DNA of 32,000 nt from Pasteurella multocida (GCF_900187275.1 NZ_LT906458.1:1290001-1322000); one strand, 5' to 3'; shown: positions 9,601 through 18,584, counted from the stretch's first letter. Translations and numbers: made by a program. Notes: generated from the letters alone by a model not told the origin.

Positions 9601-11301
9601 CCGCTTGCTTTCGGTCTCATTGGTATAACCGAAACCAACATTACCGGTTGGGGTAGCAATTGTTGCACTAGAAAGTGCAACGCCAGCGGAAAGATTATAG
9701 TCAACTCCATGCGTCACTTTTTGTAACGTATCTTGTTTGGATACCACATTCGTTTTTCCTTTAACGTGGAGATCGAGCTTATCTGCATCAATATTCGAAC
9801 TGACAACATTAAAATCGCGACCTGCTTCAACTTTCATGTTGCGTGCTTTTAAGAAACTGTTATTTTGAGCCGTTTCACGTTCTGACGTATAGCTTTCATT
9901 TCCTTCAAGTGATGTGCTAACACCGGCAGTACAGGCGCCACTCATCATACTGCAACCTGCGTTCACACCATGAGAAAGTTTCTGTCTTGATACTGTTTCT
10001 GTGGTTTCTCGTGTTTTTTCACCAGACAGCACATTCACATCTTCTTTTGCTCTTAAGGTCAAATTAGCTTGTTCATCACTTTGTACATTTTTAAGGTTCA
10101 CACTACCACTGCGTGCTGACAGTGTGACATTGCCACCAATCTTAGTAACAATATCCCCCGTTTCTGTCGTTCGTTTTGTCTCATGTGTTCTTTCAACAGA
10201 CAATTTAGCTGAACTCCCCGCTAAATCCCCCGTCACAATATTTAAGACATCACTAGCATGTTGTAATGCTACTGTACCGTCTTGTTTAGTCCCATTTTGT
10301 GCATCTCTATATTCTTTCACTAAATGGCTCACCATATCGGCAACCGCAGAATGAGCCTCCGCTTCAGGTCCAACTTTAAAAGTCGTCCGTTCAGACTCAT
10401 GATCATATTGGTCTTTTTGTTTGCTCGACTTAATTTCTTTCGCAGACAATTCAAATCGATTGTTTTCAGGTGCTTTTTTCGCTTGCTCTGCAAAATCATC
10501 AAAATACGCTTTTGATTTTTCTGACATGAGATCCGCGATTTCAGCCTCTGATAATTCTTTTATTTCTGGGGCTTTATTTTCCTTATCCTTATTGGCATTT
10601 GATTGAGCTTGAGCCACATCCTGTGCAGATTGCTCGGTCTTCTCTGGCTTGCTAGCCGCTATCTCTTTCTGTGCTTTGCTTTGTGCATCTTCTGGTAGTT
10701 TAGTATTAATATCTACTCCACCAATATCGGCATAACCAAGCACATGTAATTTCCCATGTTTGACTTGTAATTCACTATTGGTGTGAGTGAGCAGTGTTTC
10801 TTTGTCTTTGGTATGGGTGAATGACATTCCTGCCTCTGCCCCAACTCCAGTATGGTTTGTCGGAACACCAACAGAGGCATTGCCACCATCTTGGCTGTTA
10901 TAGTCATAACGAACTGAGGTGCCACCACCACTCGCGTGTGCTGAAGCAAATAGCTGTGAACTATATTCTTCTTTTTCGACATGTTTAATATTCTTGCCCG
11001 CTTCAGTATTAAAGTTCCCTTTCACAACACCAGTGGTATACTTAGCCTTAATTTTACTCCCCGCTTGGTTCACATCTCTGTCTACCGCAAGATGTAAGTG
11101 CCCTACTTCGAAGATTGATCCCTCTGAAGTTGCCTCACTAGTATGCTCTGAATAACTGGATGGAGACGACACGCCTAAAAGTGGGACTTTAAGCCCTGCC
11201 ACATCAAGTTCTGCAACTTGTAGTGCACTCGGCGAGAATTTCTCACGGTAGGCATGTTTAGTATTGTATGTATTTTTGAGATTCACATCACCAGTCTTCA
11301 C
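3691..11301 (-). CDS. tpsA1 C-terminal fragment: hemagglutinin-like repeats, tyrosine-motif repeats, YopT-like protease, HELTH zincin-like domain, EPIYA-like tail
   Basis: 2536-aa ORF with an assigned GTG start; reading frame is open upstream to the frameshift at 11507-11510, encoding QGSILSTQETRLVGRKGIENVSRS... matching tpsA2. Confidence 0.85.
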   Translation of the reverse strand: MKTGDVNLKNTYNTKHAYREKFSPSALQVAELDVAGLKVPLLGVSSPSSYSEHTSEATSEGSIFEVGHLHLAVDRDVNQAGSKIKAKYTTGVVKGNFNTEAGKNIKHVEKEEYSSQLFASAHASGGGTSVRYDYNSQDGGNASVGVPTNHTGVGAEAGMSFTHTKDKETLLTHTNSELQVKHGKLHVLGYADIGGVDINTKLPEDAQSKAQKEIAASKPEKTEQSAQDVAQAQSNANKDKENKAPEIKELSEAEIADLMSEKSKAYFDDFAEQAKKAPENNRFELSAKEIKSSKQKDQYDHESERTTFKVGPEAEAHSAVADMVSHLVKEYRDAQNGTKQDGTVALQHASDVLNIVTGDLAGSSAKLSVERTHETKRTTETGDIVTKIGGNVTLSARSGSVNLKNVQSDEQANLTLRAKEDVNVLSGEKTRETTETVSRQKLSHGVNAGCSMMSGACTAGVSTSLEGNESYTSERETAQNNSFLKARNMKVEAGRDFNVVSSNIDADKLDLHVKGKTNVVSKQDTLQKVTHGVDYNLSAGVALSSATIATPTGNVGFGYTNETESKRTVNQQAGIKANKITGQTHDLNLEGGYLVSNDKDNQLKVTGDVTTKALHDQHDKDGGTFGLSVGISERGTTAFNVRGGRAEQKHYNATQKSTLSGVDTSQANVSGQVNTDLTKAKAVTRDDTYASTQFSFEVADIVELGQRAKNKLSAPNNDTDMASGSTLRSRSTTEEADVPTTRSRVTDEADSVSVKNPIYESADAVVPTPRSRNVDSTDLVDNPLYASATTKANIHDYEEIPAVYSKVGDNNADLVRHKTATSDEHLYAEINEPTYSRVGDKNADMRRHNAAGTTDYADVVQAHTRKADDPLPALPNQGKARTVNDGSEHIYTDISDVGTQTKAIDSTYATVGMPKANAVDSTYATVETPKVKAVETTYATVDMPRAKAVESEYATVAEPKHRKVRNVTDELPALPNESKVRTVNDGSEHIYADIRDVGIQTKAIDSTYATVGVPKANAVDSTYATVEAPKVKTVETTYATVDMPRAKAVESEYATVTEPRSRKVRRATDELPALPNQDKARMVSDVAENLYAEISDVSNKAKRSLPAIPDNQTKIVESETDSDYATIGSGPVARHTEDVDVVTHIQPRAKRQVNELAYESIPFDDLAVQNLGSISTRRAEVLKSTVAEEVTPTLSKHSATLSKDIEINNKVNIAVNSDAEVSSRIPVTEDIYATINKSPEARAKANAKADEALVKYPIVKAEVEDDIPPTLPIRPELKDAASMNKRFKAKNGDVKSSETEGTTVSQKIKSFFSGSNSAKQTEKIVIKDNAQDTVEANKTKPVSERVQQKELVEQSRGVLKKAQDQFQPLKVKHKIDAVRASVEEYGGEVSFKYAQSKGEVYKEIVKHIETQNGVCESTCAHWIVNKVTSQSEDFWNTMYEGGKKGHLKQETIDSIKKLQTEFMNSGSATQQFKLTDSWLQEQGVVPKEKKVGSASRRDEVAGTVSKSDISALTKAILDTGSDISGVKKISINLEGGSHTVSAAVQGQKVVFFDPNFGEMTFPSHQKFETWLKEAFWNKSGYAGKNDGKRFFNVVNYELPANAEKKSGSAKFATEANDVNFNRKVSSAFEANDNIQIKRDDARGENYVTKNNVVTAITNTDYIPKPVTDVDAQFEKVRKKAKSTDRTKEAEKKLALIAKEAKNLPKAHLLNATDELLNGPSAENVVALIKQSQKEGKPFVKGSSIDSFEGENAKNAGKIFKNIQFDESYVETRKQINDKLVEKLEVNKEFHDLMNSKLSGNEAGIRKLFEIVESAKRESLQEVTGISGKKATLALDIESSPLSTTQGYYVDDKVHLNTKPILSFLKNKKQNNKEILDTIVHELTHHDQMQIAKNKNGNISDAIKLDAKLLDLNKDHYIDSEQSFSAYKKQPLEREAYSSGQELSDKLSKLVERGYMGGKVQNIQTIEHLPNKLNNLESPRAAQSELGDNALIYGLKYGRKELIAAANAADAEGKNAILADSYVGKLNLGFEFGQLSAFAKQVKAGKVSEQDIQELASFNDATLKNARKDDSKHRINDANVEDNQRIIRELIQNEIAVDALKRIATLSDQEQEMYNALRKNEKFDMEELNESASYSAEENAAIRAYKETQTALNEARVDFFTEKTKFIAKETLERGGQLYFALDGMATDTPTFRENTKIDLNRLKEVFDPSNPFYDSVTSRELRFLYENYKDHPNLKFTIKNQVIENPLKTLEIPTAENIALSAENTPVYNKKLLPNVFKQFKRKEKSEGPKIEHLGSSPDKDSFYFPLDKIVTKDRGISKDMKVNLENIKKAFNPKDKHYNSAEAKSLRALYEQDPTMSSTRFVIGNQVIENPFKSQDLQDYIQKYHVTAPAVVKKAKPLPTLPTKATVSKESVGQQSPLAVDKKRVQSPNLKVKAEQMADPNAIYAQVNKKKTKSVDTVEGFYPESQLKTRSDKIVEQTSQTPTTEPVYADLQFPVTGKTQRVISSQQETIYEEVGKKPQEEPIYQNVIRKSVNNK
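4168..4775 (-). repeat. Two diverged copies of a ~75-aa module in the TpsA1 C-terminal extension
   Basis: LYFALDGM...KIDLNRLKEVFDPSNPFYDSVTSRELRFLYENYKDHPNLKFTIKNQVIENPLKTLE (approx 4545-4775) versus FYFPLDKI...KVNLENIKKAFNPKDKHYNSAEAKSLRALYEQDPTMSSTRFVIGNQVIENPFKSQD (approx 4168-4400). Confidence 0.8.
5520..5800 (-). other. Putative zincin (HExxH) metalloprotease-like domain in the TpsA1 C-terminal extension
   Basis: ILDTIVHELTHHDQM (HELTH codons 5650-5664) followed by YKKQPLEREAYSSGQEL, a plausible third Glu ligand. Confidence 0.55.
6525..7195 (-). other. YopT-like (peptidase C58) cysteine-protease domain in TpsA1
   Basis: NGVCESTCAHWI (Cys codon 7057-7059), EGGSHTV (His codon 6688-6690), FFDPNFGEM (Asp codon 6643-6645): correct order and spacing for a Cys-His-Asp triad; almost identical to the copy 2 domain. 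Confidence 0.8.
8041..8700 (-). repeat. 300-bp (100-aa) tandem repeat with nested ~45-bp (15-aa) STYATV-type units in tpsA1
   Basis: Segments ending at 8100, 8400 and 8700 align with an exact 300-bp period; translated SEHIYADI..STYATVGVPKANAVD-STYATVEAPKVKTVE-TTYATVDMPRAKAVE-SEYATV..DELPALPN occurs twice with few changes. Confidence 0.9.
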
Positions 11302-11489
11302 AAAGCTTGTTTTTGCTTTAATATCCGATGCTTGTACATCAATAGTTGAATCCTTATCTGTTTCAAGATGTAAATGACCTTCCGTTTTGATTTCTGAGCG
11401 TTGTGCAGTGACTCCTAATTCATCATTTGCAAATGAACGAGATACGTTTTCAATACCTTTACGCCCGACTAAACGTGTTTCTTGAGTAC

Positions 11490-13010
11490 TTAAAATACTC
11501 CCTTGATTTTATTACTCGCTTCAACATTGAGTTTTCTCCCAGCTAATGTCCCGGTATTCACCACATCTTTGGCTTTAATCTTAGCTTCACCAACTCTGAT
11601 AGTCCCAGTGCCTAAACCTTGTAATTTTTGGGCTTCTACGAGCGTTTCAGAAGCGAAATAAACCTTTGGAACAAACACATCTTTGCCCTTTACCTTCGTT
11701 TTGACATACCAAACGATATCTTGGGTCAAGTTAGCTTGTTGTTCTTTAGTTAATGCCGCACCTAGTTTCAAATCCAACTCCTGCGCTTGTGTTGTGGAAT
11801 TGTCCATCAGCTGTTTAACTAATTCCACATCGCTGAGATTGTATTTTTGGTTAAGGTGGTTATCTACTTTTTTCTCAATCGAGCGAGTAATCACTTGATG
11901 ATCAAAATAGTTATCCCCTAACACATTTACTTTTTGATGACCTTTTGTATTTAAACCAACTTTATTGAAGAAATAATTTGCACCAGCATAGTCATCTTGA
12001 TTGATATATTTCAATTTTGTACGGAAAAGTGGATCAGTTTCCACTTTTGGACGTTCTTCATCAATCGCTTTCAATAAAACATTTTTTGATGCCTCTGCCT
12101 CTCGCTTCGCCATTTCTTCATACGCTTTCTGTTGTTCAATGTCTAATCTTTCTTGTGCAACTTTCTCCTCAGCTTTTTGTTTCTGTTCAGCTTGTTTTTT
12201 CTCCTCGGATAAATGTTTTTCTTCTTGTTGTTTCTTCTCTTCTTCTTGCAGTTGGATCGCAAGTTGTTTTTCTCTCTGGCGAATTTCTTCTACCCGTTGC
12301 ATTTCTTTTGCAATTTCTACTTGCTTAGCAATTTTATCTTGCGCTTGACGTTTTTCCTCTTGCTTACGTTCTTCAACACGTTTTTCTTGTTGTTCTGATT
12401 TTTGTAGAAGTGCTTTTTCTATTCTTGCTTTCTGTTCTGCTTCGTGTTTTTGTTTTCTTTTTTCGAATAACTCCTGCAGTTTCATATCTAATGTACCAGG
12501 CAGATCAAAATACCCCTCTTTTTCTCTCTTTTCTCTATTTTGCCTATCTCTCTCGCCTAGACGGACTAGATTGGTAGAACGTTTAAAATGATCTTCCCCT
12601 TCTTTTAGTAACGGCTCTTCTCCAAGCTCCTGTAGTAGCTCATTCAAGAGATAACCATTTTCAAAGAATTCATCAGGGTTAAGATAATCAACTGTAGGAT
12701 CAGTACGAGGTGGTTTATTTCCACGATCATCACGACTTATACCCAGCTTATCATCGGGCATCTCTTTCTCATCATTGCCCATACTCCACTTGCTATCGTC
12801 TGTATCAGACTCATCATCATTCATGCTAAGCACGTCATCCGATGAATTAGAATGGCTTTCTTCTATATCCAGATTTTTACGTGGTTCTTCATCTAGATCC
12901 TCAATAGGAGACAACTTTTTCTTTTCTAATTGGATACTATTATCAATAAATAAGTTTGGCATTTCTAAGAGTTCGGCGATCGAGGATAAATCTACCCCGT
13001 CCTCTTCCAA
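11490..13010 (-). CDS. tpsA1 middle fragment: K/E/Q-rich coiled-coil plus conserved exoprotein segment
   Basis: In the same frame as the upstream fragment beyond the TAG. Long EEKKQQEEKHLSEEKKQAEQKQKAEEK-type helix (approx 12060-12460), then DIVWYVKTKVKGKDVFVPKVYFASETL, shared with copy 2. Confidence 0.8.
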   Translation of the reverse strand: MEEDGVDLSSIAELLEMPNLFIDNSIQLEKKKLSPIEDLDEEPRKNLDIEESHSNSSDDVLSMNDDESDTDDSKWSMGNDEKEMPDDKLGISRDDRGNKPPRTDPTVDYLNPDEFFENGYLLNELLQELGEEPLLKEGEDHFKRSTNLVRLGERDRQNREKREKEGYFDLPGTLDMKLQELFEKRKQKHEAEQKARIEKALLQKSEQQEKRVEERKQEEKRQAQDKIAKQVEIAKEMQRVEEIRQREKQLAIQLQEEEKKQQEEKHLSEEKKQAEQKQKAEEKVAQERLDIEQQKAYEEMAKREAEASKNVLLKAIDEERPKVETDPLFRTKLKYINQDDYAGANYFFNKVGLNTKGHQKVNVLGDNYFDHQVITRSIEKKVDNHLNQKYNLSDVELVKQLMDNSTTQAQELDLKLGAALTKEQQANLTQDIVWYVKTKVKGKDVFVPKVYFASETLVEAQKLQGLGTGTIRVGEAKIKAKDVVNTGTLAGRKLNVEASNKIKGVF

Positions 13011-13040
13011 ACGTTCTTTATCACTAAACTCCGCTTTAAG

Positions 13041-15974
13041 CTATACTGATGGTAGCGATAATTGGTGTTTACCAATTTGGATACTCTCATCAAACTTACC
13101 ACGTTCGGCATATTCACCATTTTGTAGCGTTGTAAGCTTACCTTCTAGTTTTCCCGCTAGGATTTTTGCTTTTTCTGATGGGTAATAAATGAAATCTGTT
13201 GGATTTTCTTTAAAGCTTTTCCATTTGTTTCGCATCTCATCATAGGATTTACTATGCCACTCTGCACCAAACACTTGTGCCATCGCTTTTTGGTACATTG
13301 GTGAATGCTGAATATGAGATAGAAGCTGATAAGCACTAAAATTTTCCGTACTATAGAAACTTGATTTTAAGATTGTTGTTGAGCCAAACAAGGCATCGAG
13401 GAAAGACTCTAAATTGTTAAATTCACGCGATGCATTACCCGATAATGGTGTCCAAATATAACGAGTAAGTGGTTGATAGTACATCGTGATTTTCGCTGGA
13501 TTCTTAAACACGCTTGCTAATGCATTTTGGTTAAACGCTTTCATTTGGTTCACCACTTGATCAGCTTCCGCATTAAATGTTCCTTTGACATTAATTAATC
13601 CATGATTAATTAACTGCGGTTTTGATTCTGATGATGTCGCCTTTATTCCCTTAAAGTCAAAATCACCATCAGAACGGATAGCCCCCATTTTCACAACTTT
13701 AATATCGGTTTTATCTTGTTCTTGCAGATTTAAGTTGAGCTTATAAACATTATTGTGCCAACCATGTACCGCAACACGACTGATATCATAATCACGACTT
13801 GAACCGATAGGCTTATAACTCACATTGCCAGATAAACGCACATCATTAATCAAATTATGAGTATGAACTGTTAATTTTTTACTCGCATAAATATCGCCAA
13901 TATTATAAACAGAACGCTCTGCTTCTAACATCATATTACCGAGTGTATGGAATAAACCGTTTTCTTGGTTAACAATATTTCCCATACCTTCTTCCGTTGA
14001 TTTAGCAGTCAGTTTTAATGATTTTCCAGCACCTAATGTCCCACCAAGATTGTAAATACTGCCACTTTCGGTATTAATTGTCAGTGTTTTACCAGTTGCC
14101 AGTGTTCCTGCACGATTAACAAAGTTTTCTTCCACATTCAACGTTATATTAGCACCCAATTGAATATCTTGATTTTTATCAATTTCAATATTTTGGGCGT
14201 TAATAGTTAACGCATCTTTAGCTCTAATAAAATTATTGCCCTCTGTTAAAAAACTGGTTTTTTCTTTAAAAGTTAATTCTGCACTCCCCGCACTTTCAAT
14301 GAGTCCCTTATTCACAAAACCAGGCTTAAACTGTGCACTAAGGCTTGCGAGCATCGACGGAGATATTGAGAAAAACGGAGAGCCTAAAAAGCGGACACTA
14401 CTTTTTACGCGCATCAGTGGAGACAAATATCTATCTTGAATAATTTCAAGATCTTTTCCTTTCGTCAAAATACTCAATTTCCGTTCAGCATAAATTTCTT
14501 TATCATTAATCAAATTATTAGTGTCAAGCTTAACCTCTCGACCATAAATACGCCCAGCATTAGTTAGAGTTTCTGTTGCCACATCTATCTTTTTAGCGAC
14601 GAGCTTCGCATTTTGCTCAATAGACAGGGCACCCTTTGCTACGATTTTGGCTTGTGTCGTACTCCTAATCTCTGCGTTTTTTCTGATTTTAACTTGTTTC
14701 GCCTCTAACGAAATTTCATCTGATTTCGTTTGACTACCAACAAAAACACGATTAGCGTTTTTCACTTCAATTTTTTTCTTGGCTCGAATATTTCGGTCTT
14801 TTTTTACCACTGTTTGCTGAATCGTATTGCCAAGTTCTAAGTCACCTTCATTCATTTCAATCTGAATATCATTTTCAGACAAAATAATTCCATCATGTTT
14901 TACGCCTGCACCTTTATCTGTCACAATCAACTTAATATTTTTACCATGCATTGCGCCTGTACTAGATCCCGTGATAGCAATAACATCATTAGATACATTT
15001 TCACCGCTCGTTTTTTTCAGCTCATGTTTGCTTAAATCATATTCACTGGAACCCGCAATAAGAGTGACATCTGTTTTTGCTTCTGAATTATCCCCTGATG
15101 TAATTGATTGCTTTTGTTCAATTTTTTTAGCAATAATATCTAAATACTTTAATCCATCTGTCGAAAAACCATCAATATCAATGATCACATTTCCTTTTGT
15201 AACCTTTAACATCATCTGATTCGGATCTATAAGCTCACTCGTAGTGGCAACAAAACGATCTGAATTTATTGTTCTTACACCATTTAAGGTAATACCATTT
15301 TGGTTTGCAATGACGATATCAGCTTTTTTACCTAATACTTCAAGCGCGCCAACAATTTTACTTTCTTGAGGACCTGTCACTTGATTTAATATAACATCAG
15401 CTTCTTTCCCTCCCCTTAAATTTTGATTTTGCGGAATGTAACCAATTAATGTTGATCTTGCCTGCGCTTCAGTCCCATTATTATTAAACACCGCGCTATT
15501 TGGAATATTAAATTTTTCAAAACGGTTATCTGAAATCCCTTTCCCATTTGGTTTAGCAATATCAATAACCAGAACTTTATTTTCTGCTTGATAGATTTTT
15601 GTTTTATCATTACCAGCAAGATTAGATGCATCTAATTTAATATGATCGCTATTATCAATCACTGTTAATTGATTTCTTTCATCCCCTTTTCCCTCAGCCA
15701 AAACAGGAACAGAAATCACAGTTAAAAATAAAATAGAAAGCTGTTTCCAAGTCAATTGCATTGCATACGAAACAGGATTGAACGTGCTTTTTACTAATAA
15801 AGACACGGAGGAAAGTGAATATTGTTCTAGAAGGAAAGGTTCCTCTTCAACTTGTTCTGATGTGGATGTTGAATCAGATGAACCATTGCTAATAGCTGAG
15901 TTAATACATTCTGCCACAGGAACGAGACAACCTTTGACTTGACTAAAAATGAGTTTGTAACGATTTTTGTTCAT
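13041..15974 (-). CDS. tpsA1 N-terminal fragment: extended signal peptide, TPS secretion domain and beta-helix region
   Basis: MNKNRYKLIFSQVKGCLVPVAE (ESPR-type signal peptide); ...VIANQNGITLNGVRTINSDRFVATTSELIDPNQM... typical of FHA-type TPS domains. Starts 30 bp after the tpsB1 stop. Confidence 0.88.
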   Translation of the reverse strand: MNKNRYKLIFSQVKGCLVPVAECINSAISNGSSDSTSTSEQVEEEPFLLEQYSLSSVSLLVKSTFNPVSYAMQLTWKQLSILFLTVISVPVLAEGKGDERNQLTVIDNSDHIKLDASNLAGNDKTKIYQAENKVLVIDIAKPNGKGISDNRFEKFNIPNSAVFNNNGTEAQARSTLIGYIPQNQNLRGGKEADVILNQVTGPQESKIVGALEVLGKKADIVIANQNGITLNGVRTINSDRFVATTSELIDPNQMMLKVTKGNVIIDIDGFSTDGLKYLDIIAKKIEQKQSITSGDNSEAKTDVTLIAGSSEYDLSKHELKKTSGENVSNDVIAITGSSTGAMHGKNIKLIVTDKGAGVKHDGIILSENDIQIEMNEGDLELGNTIQQTVVKKDRNIRAKKKIEVKNANRVFVGSQTKSDEISLEAKQVKIRKNAEIRSTTQAKIVAKGALSIEQNAKLVAKKIDVATETLTNAGRIYGREVKLDTNNLINDKEIYAERKLSILTKGKDLEIIQDRYLSPLMRVKSSVRFLGSPFFSISPSMLASLSAQFKPGFVNKGLIESAGSAELTFKEKTSFLTEGNNFIRAKDALTINAQNIEIDKNQDIQLGANITLNVEENFVNRAGTLATGKTLTINTESGSIYNLGGTLGAGKSLKLTAKSTEEGMGNIVNQENGLFHTLGNMMLEAERSVYNIGDIYASKKLTVHTHNLINDVRLSGNVSYKPIGSSRDYDISRVAVHGWHNNVYKLNLNLQEQDKTDIKVVKMGAIRSDGDFDFKGIKATSSESKPQLINHGLINVKGTFNAEADQVVNQMKAFNQNALASVFKNPAKITMYYQPLTRYIWTPLSGNASREFNNLESFLDALFGSTTILKSSFYSTENFSAYQLLSHIQHSPMYQKAMAQVFGAEWHSKSYDEMRNKWKSFKENPTDFIYYPSEKAKILAGKLEGKLTTLQNGEYAERGKFDESIQIGKHQLSLPSV

Positions 15975-16003
15975 ATTAAGTTAATCCTTAAACTTAAAAG
16001 AGA

Positions 16004-17725
16004 TTAAAAAGAAAGTGATCCTGAGAAATAATAAATCGGTTTTTGACGATGTTGCGTAACACCACTCACACCATTCATTGGTTGTGCATAGGTTAATGAT
16101 AATGAAAATAACTTTATTTGCGTTTTCAAGCCTAGGGCAAAACCGACTAAAGTGGTTGTTTTATGCTTTGATTTAATATGTACTTTACCCATATCAAATC
16201 CAATAAAAGGGGATACCTGAGATAAATATGCTTTTTGTGGATAAAAAGGAACCGTCAGTGTTTGTGATAAATACGCACCACTATCACCAGAAACCGCACC
16301 ACCTTTAAATCCTCTTACTGTATATTCATCACCAATTGAAAATTGATTTTCAGAATACAAACTATCAAAACCATATTGGGCACCAATACGTAATTGATAA
16401 TTCATCGCACGTTCAAACAGGGATATTGGACGCTGCCAATTAATACTTCCTGACAATAATTTTAAGGTTTTTTCACGATTTGCATCATATGCTGAATAAT
16501 TCGCCCCAAACCATCTCAACCCATTCGCGTAAGCAATGTCGCTGTAAAGCTTCCCGTAAGCAAAATTAGTCATGTAAGATAACCCTACGCTCACTTTATT
16601 ATTGTGATATTTCCCAATCAAAATATCAGAAAAATAACTAATCCGTTTTTTAAACTCGAACTCGGTATATGTAGATAAAATACTCTCCTTATTACGCAAT
16701 AACACATGCATCAGCTTGACAGCTAAGCTTTGGGTTTTCCCATGAGAAGAATGAGTATTTATACCGCGAAGTTCTTTTTCATACGTAGATTCCGATGCTT
16801 TAATTTCTACTGTAGAAAAGCCTATAGGCTGACTGTAAGACAAAGTATAATTGCGTTGCTGGTTAGCATGATGATTTTTATATAAACGGTAACTACTCGA
16901 GAAACTCCAACGATCATTCGTGCCTAATAGATCACTCCAAGCAATATTCAATGTAGCTTGATTACGCCCATTGGCATTATTGCCAGCACCTGAATTATTG
17001 AATCCGACACTCACTTGCGGAAAAACATCATATTGTCTTTCAATATTTAGATTTGAGCTGCCTTTTTCTTCACTTGCAACCACATTCACTGTGGCTTTTT
17101 TATTCGTAGTATTTAAGATTTCGATCAACTGGTCAATGTCGTGAATACTTAAGCGATTTCCGATTAAATTGGGTAGGACTGATAACATTGTTTTATCTCT
17201 AAAACGGGTTGGTTTCTCCCCATTCACAAACAGATCGCGAGTTCTTCCCCACAGTACAATAAATTCAAGATCGCCATTGCTGATTTTTGAATTTTTTAAA
17301 CCAATTGCACTTGTCACGTAGCCAGAACGGTATAAAACTTCCGTCAAATCTTTCACTAATTGAAAAACAACTTTTGTTGATAGGGGCTGGTTTTGGTAAG
17401 CATGAATGATATCGCCAAAATTTAGAGATACCTTTTCACCCGCAAGGTCGACCGATATGCTGGTGATTTTATGTTTACTCGTGGATTCGGAATCAGGAAA
17501 AGAGAATGTTTTTTCTGTACTCGATTGTTGATCTTCTAAAAATTGCTGCGCTTTTTTGAGGTTTTCATTTACATTTTCAAACTGTTGCTTATTTTTTAAA
17601 TGCAGTAATTCTTGAGTGAGCGGATTTGCTTCCTGACTATAGGCAAGCGTTGATTGGCATAAAAGAAAAGTAGCAGAAGAACATAATAATAATTTCCCTA
17701 ATCTTTTAATTTGATATTTTTCCAT
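16004..17725 (-). CDS. tpsB1: outer-membrane TPS transporter (ShlB/FhaC/LspB-like), intact
   Basis: 573 aa; signal peptide, POTRA-like N-terminal region, C-terminal barrel with [20 protein letters not shown], terminal F (YYFSGSLSF). Confidence 0.9.
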   Translation of the reverse strand: MEKYQIKRLGKLLLCSSATFLLCQSTLAYSQEANPLTQELLHLKNKQQFENVNENLKKAQQFLEDQQSSTEKTFSFPDSESTSKHKITSISVDLAGEKVSLNFGDIIHAYQNQPLSTKVVFQLVKDLTEVLYRSGYVTSAIGLKNSKISNGDLEFIVLWGRTRDLFVNGEKPTRFRDKTMLSVLPNLIGNRLSIHDIDQLIEILNTTNKKATVNVVASEEKGSSNLNIERQYDVFPQVSVGFNNSGAGNNANGRNQATLNIAWSDLLGTNDRWSFSSSYRLYKNHHANQQRNYTLSYSQPIGFSTVEIKASESTYEKELRGINTHSSHGKTQSLAVKLMHVLLRNKESILSTYTEFEFKKRISYFSDILIGKYHNNKVSVGLSYMTNFAYGKLYSDIAYANGLRWFGANYSAYDANREKTLKLLSGSINWQRPISLFERAMNYQLRIGAQYGFDSLYSENQFSIGDEYTVRGFKGGAVSGDSGAYLSQTLTVPFYPQKAYLSQVSPFIGFDMGKVHIKSKHKTTTLVGFALGLKTQIKLFSLSLTYAQPMNGVSGVTQHRQKPIYYFSGSLSF

Positions 17726-18301
17726 AAAATCTCCATACTTATTGAGGGATGGAAATTCTACTACAAAAAAATAAAAATTATTAACAAATCTAGCTATACC
17801 AGCGATTTAATAATAAACAAAAAGAAAAAATATTTTCAATCTAAATAAATAATAAACCAATTTAGATTATATTAATAGCAAACAAAATACACATAAAAAG
17901 ACAACACTTCAATATATTAATAAATAAAAACACAATGTTCTAACATAAATCAAAATAGACAAACCACTTAACAATAGAACATAGAACAATCTCACTCAAA
18001 CAACGATTATAGCGTCATATCTAACTTTTCAAGTTGCACAAAAAAAATAACCATCATAAAAAACAGATATTTAAAACACTATTTTTCATTGTCACAATAT
18101 TTATTGCAATAAATAATAGTCATTATTTAAACAATTAACCAAAAAATGATAGATAGCATTATACATAAGATAAGAAAACGATAATTTATTAGCAATAGAA
18201 TATAAATAATCCATTCCCCATAATAATATAGTAAAACAATCATTAAAATTAGCATTAAATATTATTATGAACGGGATATACTTTGTTCGAGAATGTAACC
18301 T

Positions 18302-18457
18302 ATGCGTTTTTATGGACGCCGAATCAAAAAAGGTGGAATCTCCTATCAAGCTGATTGTGTAGCAAAAGAGGCTAACGAGTTATCTCCTCGGTATAAATCC
18401 ATAGAAAAAGATGATCGTATTCAATCCACTAATGATGAAGAGTCTATTACTTTATGA
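18302..18457 (+). other. Small unassigned ORF (51 aa, [51 protein letters not shown])
   Basis: Continuous frame in an otherwise AT-rich spacer; its TGA overlaps the ATG of the era 3' fragment. No family recognised. Confidence 0.25.
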
Positions 18458-18564
18458 AACGTTTATTTGATAATAAAGTGCATCTTAAACTGTGGGTAAA
18501 AGTTAAATCAAGTTGGGCGGATGATGAACGCGCCTTACGTAGCTTAGGTTATATGGACGAATAA
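18454..18564 (+). pseudogene. era (fragment): Orphan duplicate of the 3' end of era (36 codons plus stop)
   Basis: [36 protein letters not shown] versus era [36 protein letters not shown] (3122-3232): 100/111 nt identical by hand count (8 synonymous and 3 non-synonymous differences). Confidence 0.95.
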
Positions 18565-18584
18565 CTAAGTTTCCGACCTTGTGT

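Larger units (their letters stand above)
3691..15974 (-). pseudogene. tpsA1: LspA/IbpA-like two-partner-secretion exoprotein, ~4094 codons if uninterrupted; broken by an in-frame TAG and a -1 frameshift
   Basis: Three collinear ORFs (977, 506, 2536 aa) align end to end with the tpsA2 product. In-frame TAG at 13041-13043; frameshift inside the T4 run at 11507-11510. Confidence 0.85.

Noticed and set aside
11490-13010. Independent short gene of unknown function
   Set aside because: It is the middle of tpsA1, in frame with the upstream fragment across a TAG and collinear with tpsA2.
18101-18349. 82-aa minus-strand ORF in the AT-rich spacer
   Set aside because: Composition is AT-rich Asn/Tyr/Leu-type with no domain or clear start signal; most likely spurious.
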